From a virus: a stretch of DNA of 64,000 nucleotides. Each line of letters begins with the position of its first letter. Within the stretch, counting starts at the first letter, position 1. The stretch lies in IMG/VR virus record IMGVR_UViG_3300034062_007046, positions 1-64,000 of that record, one strand, 5' to 3'. The position numbers and the translations under genes are program-made. The notes beneath the pieces are model-generated. The model searched no databases, was not told where the DNA came from, and was given only the letters and a program-made list of their open reading frames with translations. Below, piece after piece: positions 41,114-50,351 of this stretch.

Positions 41114-41169
41114 AACGCTCTAAGGCAAAGAAATTTGTTTTAGGGCGTTTTCATTGGTCATGTGACCGG
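41114..41169 (+). promoter_or_regulatory. Structured 5' leader (two hairpins), or terminator/attenuator
   Basis: 16-bp stem 41114-41129/41134-41149 with GAAA loop and three G-U pairs; second hairpin 41154-41169 overlapping the GGGAG RBS. Confidence 0.6.
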
Positions 41170-41182
41170 GAGAACTAAATTA

Positions 41183-43153
41183 ATGGCTAATCCATTAAAA
41201 ATTTTAACTCACTTATCTGCAAGCGAAGCAGCAGATTTCGCAAAAGCAGTAAAATTCAACGAAGTTGTTACACTTGCTAACAAAAAAATCGTTGGTCTTG
41301 CTGAAGGTACGGCAGCAGGCGATGCAGTTCGCTATGAGCAATTAACCGCAGAAGCATCACTCCGCGTTTCTGGCGATTCTTCACTAACATCACGTCTATC
41401 AGTCGAAGAATCAAACCGCGAAGCAGCAGTTAGCAGCGAAACATCATCACGCATTTCAGGTGATAACTCATTAGGCGCTCGCGTTTCAGCCGAAGAGTCA
41501 ACCCGCGCTTCCGCTGATACATCGTTAACATCACGTATCTCAGCAGAAGAATTGGCACGTGCTTCAGCTGTCACTTCAGCTGCAACTTCAATTGATGCTC
41601 GCGTATCAACAGAAGAATCAGCAAGAGCATCAGCAGATACTTCATTAACAACAAGATTATCAGCTGAAGAATCTGTAAGAGCTTCAGCTGATACAGCAGA
41701 AGCATCAGTACGCGCTTCAGCCGATGCTTCACTAACTGCTCGTCTTTCAGCAGAAGAAAGTGCATCACTATCAGTTGATGTAAGCCTTTCAGGTCGCATC
41801 ACTGATGAAGCATCAATTCGTGCTTCAGCTGATGGTTCATTGGCTCTTGCGTTTGCTTCAGCTGATACTTCACTATCAACTCGTCTTGCAAGTGAAGAAT
41901 CATCCCGCGCTTCAGCAGATACTTCTCTAACATCACGCATTTCAGCAGAAGAATCAGCCCGCGCTTCAGCAATCGTTGCAGCAAATTCTTCACTTGATTC
42001 ACGTATTTCAGCAGAAGAATCAACACGCGCTTCAGCAGATGGTTCATTAGCTGTTGCGTTTGCATCAGCCGATACATCATTAACAACTCGTTTATCAACT
42101 GAAGAATCAGTACGCGGTTCAGCTGTTGTAAGTATTGACGCGGCAATTTCAGTCGAAGGATCAACACGTGCATTAGCAGACTCTTCATTAACAACTCGTC
42201 TATCAACTGAAGAAGTTGCCCGCGCAAGCGCAGATACTTCATTAACAAGCCGTGTATCAACTGAAGAATCAGTACGTGCTTCAGCAGACGCAAGCCTTGT
42301 TGCTGCTCTTTCAGCGGAAGCTTCATCACGCGCAGCGGAAGATCTAAAATTCCTCTATCTTGATGGCACACGCGCAATGCAAGGCGGTCTTAACATGGGT
42401 GGTTACGATATCACCTCTGCTAAGAGCGGTTCATTCAGCGGTGACGTTACCGTTCAAGGTAGCCTCAACGTTAAAGGCGCTCTAACTTACCTTGAAACCA
42501 CAAATACCCAAGTTAAGGACAACCAAATTGAACTTAACTACGCAGCAACACCAGTAAGCAATGCAAATGCTGGTATCGTAATCAAGGGTAGCGAAGCTGG
42601 TAAAGACGTAAGCATGATCGTTGATGCAGACGGCGGTAATTTAGTTGTCAACACAATGGTTTCTGCTTCAGCACTCAAGGCATCAGGCAACGGTGAACTT
42701 GGTGGTGCATTAGTAGTTAAGGGTCAAGCAGCTGTAAGCGCCTCATTAATGATCTCTGGCGCTTCATTTGGTGACGCCGGCGCAGATGCAGCACTTGGCT
42801 ATGCTAACAACATGTACAATGTTGATAGCGCTATCCGCTTCTTGGCTGGTAGAAGCACCGGTATGGCAGACGGCTACACCAGCCTACGCCACGTTGCTGA
42901 TTTTGCACTTGTCGGTGGTACAAAGACATATGCATTACCAGAAACTGCTGCATTTGCATCAGGACAACTCAACAAAATTATGGTTGATGTTCTTGTTGCT
43001 GGCACAACTGGTGGCTGGGTCAACGATCTAATCGCTGTTAAACTCGAAACCGTTGGTAGCTATCTACAAGTCGTAATCGATGCGCCAGCCCACGGTAACG
43101 GTAATGTACGTCTAATCGCCGTTAACGAAGGTATGGGTATCGAAGGGGAATAG
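41183..43153 (+). CDS. Ser/Ala/Thr-rich coiled-coil fibre protein
   Basis: ATG at 41183 after GGGAG RBS (track start GTG 41162); about 18 degenerate repeats; strong codon bias; shared C-terminal domain. Confidence 0.8.
   Translation: MANPLKILTHLSASEAADFAKAVKFNEVVTLANKKIVGLAEGTAAGDAVRYEQLTAEASLRVSGDSSLTSRLSVEESNREAAVSSETSSRISGDNSLGARVSAEESTRASADTSLTSRISAEELARASAVTSAATSIDARVSTEESARASADTSLTTRLSAEESVRASADTAEASVRASADASLTARLSAEESASLSVDVSLSGRITDEASIRASADGSLALAFASADTSLSTRLASEESSRASADTSLTSRISAEESARASAIVAANSSLDSRISAEESTRASADGSLAVAFASADTSLTTRLSTEESVRGSAVVSIDAAISVEGSTRALADSSLTTRLSTEEVARASADTSLTSRVSTEESVRASADASLVAALSAEASSRAAEDLKFLYLDGTRAMQGGLNMGGYDITSAKSGSFSGDVTVQGSLNVKGALTYLETTNTQVKDNQIELNYAATPVSNANAGIVIKGSEAGKDVSMIVDADGGNLVVNTMVSASALKASGNGELGGALVVKGQAAVSASLMISGASFGDAGADAALGYANNMYNVDSAIRFLAGRSTGMADGYTSLRHVADFALVGGTKTYALPETAAFASGQLNKIMVDVLVAGTTGGWVNDLIAVKLETVGSYLQVVIDAPAHGNGNVRLIAVNEGMGIEGE
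41345..42343 (+). repeat. Degenerate coding repeat, about 18 units with consensus SAEES.RASADTSLT.R[LIV] (18 aa; 11-, 22- and 29-aa variants)
   Basis: Visible in protein and DNA (recurring tcagcagaagaatca / gcttcagc.gatac). Confidence 0.9.
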
Positions 43154-43182
43154 TAAAAATTAAAATCAGTTTAGTCTGATTT

Positions 43183-43214
43183 GGGGAGCGGAGAGAAATC
43201 TCCGCTCCTTTTTT
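43183..43214 (+). terminator. Rho-independent terminator
   Basis: GGAGCGGAGA-GAAA-TCTCCGCTCC perfect stem followed by TTTTTT. Confidence 0.92.
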
Positions 43215-43233
43215 ATTTATAAGCTATTTTTAG

Positions 43234-43241
43234 ACTACTTA
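43234..43241 (+). promoter_or_regulatory. Candidate late promoter ACTACTTA
   Basis: Just after the terminator and about 23 nt before the ATG at 43265 (GGAG RBS). Confidence 0.5.
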
Positions 43242-43264
43242 TGTATAGAATATTGGAGTCTAAA

Positions 43265-44395
43265 ATGAATAAAATAAATTTAGGTATTACCGTACTTATA
43301 GATAAGCCAACCGAGTCTTTTTTTACAAATGGCATCAGACAAAACGCAATAATAATGCGTGATCTTTATAAAAAAATAGATTTTGTTGGTGATGTTTATT
43401 ATGTAAACTTTGGAAAACAGAAAGATTACTCGCAGTCTCCTTGGAAAGAATACGAGGAAAACATCATACAATTTGAGGAAATGTTTGATAAAATAAATGT
43501 TTTGGTGGTTTCATGTGTTACCATCAATAAAGATATAGCTGAATTAGCGAAGAAAAAAGGTATAAAGATCGTACACCATATTATGGGTAATGAATATTAC
43601 TCATTTGTTGAAAGCGTATTATTTAAAAAGGAAGAAACGACTGTTTTTTCAAAAGAGCGTCATTATGATGCAGTTTGGATTTCCCCACATCTATACGAAA
43701 CAAATAAAGATATTTTTGAAGTATCCTATGAATGCCCAGCATATGCTGGAGCTTACGTTTGGTCACCGCAGTTTCTTGAACAGCACGTAAATGCTCTTTA
43801 TGAAACTAAAAAAATAGCATCTAAAATTTATAATCCAGCAGGCATAGAACAAAAAAGACTTGGAGTATTTGAGCCAAACTTAAGTTTTATGAAAAATTCT
43901 ATTTTTCCTATATTAATAGGAGAAAAACTGCAATTAAAACACCCAGAACTATTAGATAGTTTAAATTTGTTTGGCTCATCTTCAATAAAAGATAAAAAAC
44001 AATTAATAAATTTTGTAAAAACATTAGAAATTCAAAAAAATAAAAAGATTTTCTTTGAAGATAGGTACCCAATAGCTTGGGCGCTTTTCCAGCACACAGA
44101 CATTTTGTTATCCCATACACATCATTGCGATCTGAATTATGTATATTTTGATGCTGCTTGGTTAGGATTTCCAGTGGTACACAATTCTAAATTTATCAAA
44201 AAACTTGGTTGGTATTATGATGAGTTTGACGCAGATGATGCTGTGAAGCAAATAAAAAAATCAATAAATTATTTCGATAACGCAAACAATAGAGAGAAAT
44301 ATTTAAAAAATTCAAAAGAATTTATTTCTGCCTATTTGCCAACGCAAGATAAAAATGTTGAAGCTTATAAGTTATTATTAGAAAAAATGTTTTAG
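43265..44395 (+). CDS. DUF2827-like protein, putative GT-B glycosyltransferase
   Basis: GIT......S.FTNGIRQN, GNEY, WISPH, YVWSP.F, FEPN.S..K....P and LNY.Y.DAAW.G.P.VHNS; start at 43265 chosen from the RBS. Confidence 0.75.
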   Translation: MNKINLGITVLIDKPTESFFTNGIRQNAIIMRDLYKKIDFVGDVYYVNFGKQKDYSQSPWKEYEENIIQFEEMFDKINVLVVSCVTINKDIAELAKKKGIKIVHHIMGNEYYSFVESVLFKKEETTVFSKERHYDAVWISPHLYETNKDIFEVSYECPAYAGAYVWSPQFLEQHVNALYETKKIASKIYNPAGIEQKRLGVFEPNLSFMKNSIFPILIGEKLQLKHPELLDSLNLFGSSSIKDKKQLINFVKTLEIQKNKKIFFEDRYPIAWALFQHTDILLSHTHHCDLNYVYFDAAWLGFPVVHNSKFIKKLGWYYDEFDADDAVKQIKKSINYFDNANNREKYLKNSKEFISAYLPTQDKNVEAYKLLLEKMF

Positions 44396-44403
44396 GAATT
44401 TAA

Positions 44404-45543
44404 ATGAAAAAAATAAATATTGGTATCACACTTTCAATAGATCCAACTGAATCGCTTTTCACAAACGGTATCAGACAAAATGTTATTATTTTAAGAGAGC
44501 TTTACGAAAGATGCGAAGGCGTTGAGAAAGCATATATTATAAATACTTCTGGAAAAAATATACCAGATGATCCAAATACTCCGCTATATCCTTTTCGTAA
44601 CCTTATAATCGATCTAAAAGATGTAAAAAAATATTGTAATTTTGTTGTTGTAGCTCATGGCTCACTATTGCCAGCAGAATATAAAGAATTACATAATTCT
44701 GGGATAAGGATAGCAAAATTAATTCTTGGTAATTTATTCTCAATGTTTAATGAGCAAATTTTATTCAAAAGCAACGATGAATATTATGGGGTTTTTAATA
44801 GAAATGAAGGGTTTATAAGTAAAACTTGGCTGTCGGCGCATTACTTTAGAGATAGGTATTTTTTTGAAACACTTTATGGATGCGAGGCAAAAATTGCTCC
44901 TTATGTTTGGGATCCGCGCTTTATAGAAAAGAGTAATGAAAATTATAAATCTCTTTATGGAAAAACTTGTGAATACAGCCCAAGTGGAAAACAAGAAAAA
45001 CGTATATTAAATTTTGAGCCAAACCTTAACATGGTTAAGACTTCAACACAATCTGTTGTGGTATTAGAGAGATTTTATCGACAAAATCCACAATATGTTG
45101 GTGATTGTTATTTTTTTAATACCAATATCATAAAACAAAAAAAAGACTTTATAGATTTTGTAAAAAATCTCGATATTTATAAATCTGGTAGGGCTTCTTT
45201 TGAGGGCGGTATTGCAATAGTAAACGCTTTGGGAAAATATGGTGACATTGTAATAGCAAGCCAAAATCAAAACGAGCTAAACTATCTTTATCTTGACGCG
45301 GCTTGGATGGGCTATCCAATTCTTCATAATTCGCCAATGATGAAAGAAATTGGATACTGTTACGAAGGTAACGATGCTCAACAGGCTTCAGAAATCTTGT
45401 TAGATATATGCCAAAATTTTGATAAAAATCATGAACAATACAAACATGAATCAAGACAAAAAGCAAGCAAATATATGATAACAAACGAAGAGCACATAAA
45501 AGAATACACAAAGCTTATACACGAAGTTATGGATAGCAAATGA
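44404..45543 (+). CDS. DUF2827-like protein, paralog of the upstream gene
   Basis: GIT...S.FTNGIRQN, PYVWDP.F, FEPNLN.VK and NELNYLYLDAAWMGYP.LHNS. Confidence 0.75.
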   Translation: MKKINIGITLSIDPTESLFTNGIRQNVIILRELYERCEGVEKAYIINTSGKNIPDDPNTPLYPFRNLIIDLKDVKKYCNFVVVAHGSLLPAEYKELHNSGIRIAKLILGNLFSMFNEQILFKSNDEYYGVFNRNEGFISKTWLSAHYFRDRYFFETLYGCEAKIAPYVWDPRFIEKSNENYKSLYGKTCEYSPSGKQEKRILNFEPNLNMVKTSTQSVVVLERFYRQNPQYVGDCYFFNTNIIKQKKDFIDFVKNLDIYKSGRASFEGGIAIVNALGKYGDIVIASQNQNELNYLYLDAAWMGYPILHNSPMMKEIGYCYEGNDAQQASEILLDICQNFDKNHEQYKHESRQKASKYMITNEEHIKEYTKLIHEVMDSK

Positions 45544-45737
45544 AACGCAAAGTTACCTATTTAGTAAAATATATGGATGAAATAATAAAAGAAGTGCTGA
45601 TGCATACAAGGGATATAAAAACGCAAGGAGAATTATTAAAAAATAGGCAAATACTTGATGAAGCAATAAAAAAATTAGAAAAAAAATACGATAATATCAT
45701 AAAAGACATACAAAACGATATAGATGGCGAAGAATAA
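45540..45737 (+). CDS. Small helical hypothetical protein
   Basis: ATGA overlap; coiled-coil-like composition. Confidence 0.55.
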   Translation: MKRKVTYLVKYMDEIIKEVLMHTRDIKTQGELLKNRQILDEAIKKLEKKYDNIIKDIQNDIDGEE

Positions 45738-45991
45738 TGAAAAATAAATTTAATTTTTTACAATTTACAAATTGGCTTTTTATTTGTAGAGAAAACATAG
45801 AATCAATAAAACAAGATGTATTGCAAGAAAAAATAACAAAACAAGATGCAATAGAAAAATTGCTTGCAGAAAAGAAAAAAATCTCTATTTTGAGAGATGT
45901 TTTAGATAGAAAAGTACGACTATTTGGTATTCAAGCTGGCTTTTTACGATCATTAAAAGATCTTAAAAAAAGATATGGAATAGAAGAGTAA
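45737..45991 (+). CDS. Small helical hypothetical protein
   Basis: TAATG overlap with the previous ORF. Confidence 0.55.
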   Translation: MKNKFNFLQFTNWLFICRENIESIKQDVLQEKITKQDAIEKLLAEKKKISILRDVLDRKVRLFGIQAGFLRSLKDLKKRYGIEE

Positions 45992-45992
45992 G

Positions 45993-46000
45993 ACTAATTA
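45993..46000 (+). promoter_or_regulatory. Candidate late promoter ACTAATTA
   Basis: Intergenic, about 22 nt upstream of the ATG at 46023 (GAGG RBS). Confidence 0.55.
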
Positions 46001-46022
46001 TTCTATATTTGAGGAATAATGA

Positions 46023-48155
46023 ATGTCAGGCAACGGTAATGGCAACGGTAATGGCAACGGTAGAAAACCAGTAAAAGTTCTTACCGACCTTGAAACGCGA
46101 AAGCAAATTTTAAAAACTGATTCCGGCAATAATGTACTTTTTAAAGTTTCTGGTACGCTTGGTAATGGCGCAGTTAGCTCTTCTCTACCAATAACAGGCA
46201 CTCAAGCCTATTTTTCAAATGATGTGACCATTGATGGTGTTCTTAAAGCCAGCGAAATTCAAGTTACAACTTTAGTAAATTCATTAAATTATGAAACTTC
46301 CATTTCTGCGTCTATTAACGCCCTTTTAGATGTTTCCGCTTCATCCGCAGAAGTTGATCAATTTCTTAAATGGAATGGAAGCCAATGGGTTCCCGGCGAT
46401 GTCAGCAATGGATCAATCGGTGCTGCCGAAGATGGAGATTATACCGATGGTTTGTTCACAGATTTCACCGAAGCAACGCCAATTGGTACAGCCGTAGATA
46501 GAATAAATGAAGTTCTAAAAGGTTTAGCCCCCAAAGTAGCACCAGATTTATCAAATTTAGAAAAAACATCTGGTGCTACTGGTACAAATATGCGCCTCGC
46601 GTTTGGTGCTTCTTATTCAGTAGCTGGTTATGAGTCGGTTACGGCATCATTAGGTGCAACATTAACAAATAAAGATTTTACAGAAGCATTTACAGCTGCA
46701 AATGGGGCAGGAGGCTTCCCAGTAAGATTAGGTGCTTATGCCTCACCAGTGGCATTAACCATGTCGCTGAATAACAATGTTTCTGCGGACGCTGGAGCTT
46801 TTACAAACTATCCAGCAAAAGCGTTTAATGTTCCAACTAACGGCGCAGGAGCATATATTTTAGAAGTAAACGGCACTCAAATTACTCCATCTGGTTCTAC
46901 ATCAGACACTAATTCTGCTGTTAGCCAAACATTCTTGCTATCCGCAGCGAATACAGCATCATTTATTGGTTCTGGTCAAGGTTTTGATCTATTTCGGCAC
47001 AGAACCGCTACAGTTGGTATACCAACAAGTTTATGGCGCAATGGTCATAACTACGCAAAAGTTACACATGTTTCTTCGCTTGGAACGCATGTAACAAACT
47101 TTATTGACTGGGTTTATGATCCATCCGCCGCAGCTGGAACAAATAATTATGGCTTTACCTCCCCGACTTCAGCATCTTTCGTCGTAAGCGGAGCAAAGTA
47201 TCTTTCTGGTGTCAAGTACTATACAAGCGTAGCATACAACTTTACTACAAATGTAAGTAACTTCTATAGAAATATTTATCCGGTAGCTGGTGGGTTATCT
47301 TTTAGCGGTTTGACCGCAGGATTGAGCGCTGGAAGCGTTTCTATCCCAACGCCAACAACAAATCTTGATGATATTGCAGTAAGTGTAGGTCATACATTTA
47401 ATGGATCATATAGATTACTCGGAGCATCTCTCGCTTCAACGCTAAATTCAGCAAATGGTCTCGGCAAAACAGGTGCAACAACTTTAACAACAAATACAAT
47501 TCTTTACGATAATGTGAACACTGCTAATACAACAGCAGCTGAATACTTCTGTTTAGAAAATTATCGTGCTGAATCTGGCAGTTATGCAATCCAAGCGGAC
47601 GCATCTAATGCAATAGGAGCCTTCCCAAGCGGATCATCATTAGCTGCTGGCGAATTAGCGGTTTACAACGGCGCAATGCGTTACCCAACAAAAATTTTAA
47701 ATAATGGCGATATAGACGGCTCTGGTGTTGTACATATGATTGCAGGACAACCAGATTATTCTGCTGAAAGTGGCAATAAAACCTATCACCGCGTATTCCG
47801 TAATGGTAGCAGCGCAATTGCAGTATTTACCTTAACAATAAATGGCGGTAGCGGAATCAACGTAACAACCCACGAAGGAACGTTGAATACCAATAATATA
47901 AAAGCTTGGATTAAAATTCCCGGCAAAACAGGATGGCGTGATATAGCAACAGGAACGCCTGCGCCCGGTTATTCCGCCACTGCGGATAATTTAGGAGCTT
48001 TGCAAGGTTCTAAAGTTACAACTTCAACCTCTTCAACCCATACAATTAACTTATTAACTGAAGGTTTAGCTGTTAATGAATATTTTGTATTAAGAATAGA
48101 AGCTTCTGATACTTGGACTAATAATATAAGCTCTATAACCATAACAGGACTCTAA
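46023..48155 (+). CDS. Fibre/virion surface protein (710 aa)
   Basis: N-terminal KPVKVLTDL motif, L.DV...QFLKWNGSQWVP fibre motif, Gly/Ser/Thr-rich beta domains. Confidence 0.7.
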   Translation: MSGNGNGNGNGNGRKPVKVLTDLETRKQILKTDSGNNVLFKVSGTLGNGAVSSSLPITGTQAYFSNDVTIDGVLKASEIQVTTLVNSLNYETSISASINALLDVSASSAEVDQFLKWNGSQWVPGDVSNGSIGAAEDGDYTDGLFTDFTEATPIGTAVDRINEVLKGLAPKVAPDLSNLEKTSGATGTNMRLAFGASYSVAGYESVTASLGATLTNKDFTEAFTAANGAGGFPVRLGAYASPVALTMSLNNNVSADAGAFTNYPAKAFNVPTNGAGAYILEVNGTQITPSGSTSDTNSAVSQTFLLSAANTASFIGSGQGFDLFRHRTATVGIPTSLWRNGHNYAKVTHVSSLGTHVTNFIDWVYDPSAAAGTNNYGFTSPTSASFVVSGAKYLSGVKYYTSVAYNFTTNVSNFYRNIYPVAGGLSFSGLTAGLSAGSVSIPTPTTNLDDIAVSVGHTFNGSYRLLGASLASTLNSANGLGKTGATTLTTNTILYDNVNTANTTAAEYFCLENYRAESGSYAIQADASNAIGAFPSGSSLAAGELAVYNGAMRYPTKILNNGDIDGSGVVHMIAGQPDYSAESGNKTYHRVFRNGSSAIAVFTLTINGGSGINVTTHEGTLNTNNIKAWIKIPGKTGWRDIATGTPAPGYSATADNLGALQGSKVTTSTSSTHTINLLTEGLAVNEYFVLRIEASDTWTNNISSITITGL
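46029..46061 (+). repeat. 12-bp tandem repeat GGCAACGGTAAT x2.75 encoding (GN)5G
   Basis: Direct reading of the sequence. Confidence 0.9.
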
Positions 48156-48158
48156 TAA

Positions 48159-49277
48159 ATGGCTTTAACAGAGAAAAACCAGTTATTAATAGCATTTAAA
48201 AAACTTTATGGTAAGAGCCATACAAGCGCTAAATTTGGTATTTTTAACGAAAGTATAGGATCTTCCGTACAGCTTGGTTCAAGCACTATTTTTGGGAATA
48301 ACATACCGTCAGTCCCAAGTTCCTCATTTTATAGCATAACAGAAGGCACGGTAGAAAAAATACAATTTACTTTAGAGCCAATTGCGCTTTCTACTTATGC
48401 AAGCACATTAGGTTCCATCGCTGGTACTACAATAGACGATGAAGGCAATACGGCAGTAAACGGAGTTCATGCTTATAAATTAGTTCTACCAAGTGATTAT
48501 GTAAGTAATTCGTCTAATGCTAAAAAGGGAACTGGAGCATTTTTAAATTCTGCTGTTCTTTCTGACTCAAATGGTGCTCTGCAATTAGTTCCTCCATCTT
48601 TTGGGGATCTTTATAGCGCACAAATAAGCAGTTCTTCTGGGATTATTGGCGGTCTTGACGACGAGGATTATTATTTAGATTATTATTCTGGTATTTTATT
48701 TATACAGGATATTGGTAGAACACCAACAGCGGTCACTGCGTATGCATACGTAGGTGATTTTGTTAGCGATTTGCTAACAGATATAACCTCTGATTATATT
48801 ACAGAAGTAGTTGCTGGAACAAATTTAACTGGCGGTGGCTCAAGCGGTTCGGTAACAGTAAGTTTAGCTGATAATATTTCATTAACTTCCGTAACGGCTT
48901 CGTTATATGGTACTGCATCCCACGCAATAACAGCTTCATACGCTGAAAGCACCACTTTTGATCCTACACAAATTATTCATGCTTACAAGCGCTTAAGATA
49001 TCAAGAGATTGGGTATTTTGATGCATCTGGTAGTGCATTAATACAGTTGCCGACTGGTGCCTACGGGGGTTCGGCATTTCCAACAGCTTCTTTAGATTAT
49101 GTAAATGTAAGCGTTTTTGTAAAAGATGGCACTTTGTGGACAAATGATATCTTGGCAGTTAGTGTTTATGAGTCATCAAGCTATATTTATGTTTCTCTTG
49201 AAGCGCCAGAATTGACTGATACCGATCAATACAAATTATTAGCCATAAATGAAGATCCAACATATTATACTATTTAA
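48159..49277 (+). CDS. Fibre-associated protein with the shared C-terminal domain
   Basis: ITEVVAGTNLTGGG.SG.VTV fibre repeat; C-terminal Y..LRY...ND...L.AP...Y.L.A.NE domain. Confidence 0.65.
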   Translation: MALTEKNQLLIAFKKLYGKSHTSAKFGIFNESIGSSVQLGSSTIFGNNIPSVPSSSFYSITEGTVEKIQFTLEPIALSTYASTLGSIAGTTIDDEGNTAVNGVHAYKLVLPSDYVSNSSNAKKGTGAFLNSAVLSDSNGALQLVPPSFGDLYSAQISSSSGIIGGLDDEDYYLDYYSGILFIQDIGRTPTAVTAYAYVGDFVSDLLTDITSDYITEVVAGTNLTGGGSSGSVTVSLADNISLTSVTASLYGTASHAITASYAESTTFDPTQIIHAYKRLRYQEIGYFDASGSALIQLPTGAYGGSAFPTASLDYVNVSVFVKDGTLWTNDILAVSVYESSSYIYVSLEAPELTDTDQYKLLAINEDPTYYTI

Positions 49278-49334
49278 TTCTGCATGTGAAATGGTATAAT
49301 ATTTTAACTTACTTTGCAAAATAGGTAGCTCAAA

Positions 49335-49342
49335 ACTATTTA
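49335..49342 (+). promoter_or_regulatory. Candidate late promoter ACTATTTA
   Basis: Intergenic, upstream of the GGAG RBS of 49380; a second copy lies at 49269-49276. Confidence 0.5.
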
Positions 49343-49379
49343 TTTACATATCTACTTTTGCTTGGAGTTTTAGATATTT

Positions 49380-50336
49380 ATGGAAATTAAACCAGTTAGA
49401 GTATTATCGGATTTAGAAGCCACACAGGACGTTGTAGTTAGCGGTTCGCTAATCATAACAACCACCGCTTCTTTCGATACTATACCTGTTGTAACTGGTG
49501 CGAACGGCAGTTATGATGTAGATTATGCTTTACACCAAGTAAACGATTCAGTTTACCAAACAAATGCAAATATAGCAAATGCGATTGCCGGATTTGCGGA
49601 TGAGTACAATAAAAATAGGTACACATTCACTGGTTCGCTTGATGCAAGCGGCTTAAAAGAGATTAATCTAACAACATCTATTATATCTGGTTCTGTTAAC
49701 TTTGCAAGCGGTAATTTATTTGATATAGCAATTGATTTCCTGCTGGATACAAACGGTGATGGAAAATATAGAAACGATTTAACATCATATCAGATATTTG
49801 CCTCTGGTAGTGATTTGCTTATCGCGATTGACGCCCCAGCATCACCTAACTGCAATTACAGATTGTCTGTTCAGAATCAAAGATCGCTGTCGCCTGTATC
49901 TGGCAGCAATGGCGTTCTTATAATTGCAGGTCCGCAGGGACCGCAAGGCACGGCTGGAGTAGCTGGCGCTAACGGTACAAATGGAGCTAACGGTAAAACA
50001 TTTATAACCGTCGCCAGTAATCTTTCAACAAATAATATAATCGATACCATAGCTTCTAATTTTCCTTTAAGCCCATCGCAAGCACCAACTGGTTTTTATT
50101 TAGACGTAACTGGCTTTACGCAAAACACTTCCTATCCTATGGTTGTAAAGCTTTATGATTTAGCGTCGAATACAGTTATTGATTCGGATTCTATTAGCTC
50201 CACAAGTCCTAATACAATAAGATTAAATGGGTCAATACCAAATGTATCTAACAAACAATACGAATTAAGATACTATTCTTCTGGTTCCTCAAGCAACTAT
50301 GTATATTTGCAAACTGCAATAATAGAAATTTTATAA
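49380..50336 (+). CDS. Fibre protein with shared N-peptide, shared domain and short collagen-like segment
   Basis: KPVRVLSDL; eight G-X-Y triplets (GPQGPQGTAGVAGANGTNGANGKT); N-terminal ~165 aa paralogous to 51853. Confidence 0.7.
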   Translation: MEIKPVRVLSDLEATQDVVVSGSLIITTTASFDTIPVVTGANGSYDVDYALHQVNDSVYQTNANIANAIAGFADEYNKNRYTFTGSLDASGLKEINLTTSIISGSVNFASGNLFDIAIDFLLDTNGDGKYRNDLTSYQIFASGSDLLIAIDAPASPNCNYRLSVQNQRSLSPVSGSNGVLIIAGPQGPQGTAGVAGANGTNGANGKTFITVASNLSTNNIIDTIASNFPLSPSQAPTGFYLDVTGFTQNTSYPMVVKLYDLASNTVIDSDSISSTSPNTIRLNGSIPNVSNKQYELRYYSSGSSSNYVYLQTAIIEIL

Positions 50337-50351
50337 TTTTGGAGAAATAAA

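Noticed and set aside
41345-42343. Possible CRISPR array or DNA-level repeat element
   Set aside because: Repeats are degenerate, in frame, vary at synonymous positions and have no unique spacers.
41332-42377. Long minus-strand ORFs over the fibre repeats
   Set aside because: Shadow frames produced by repetitive, codon-biased plus-strand coding; no RBS or recognisable motifs.
49292-49300. TGnTATAAT extended -10 in the 48159/49380 spacer
   Set aside because: Single instance in AT-rich DNA, no -35, and the CTAnTTA motif explains the spacer equally well; not excluded.
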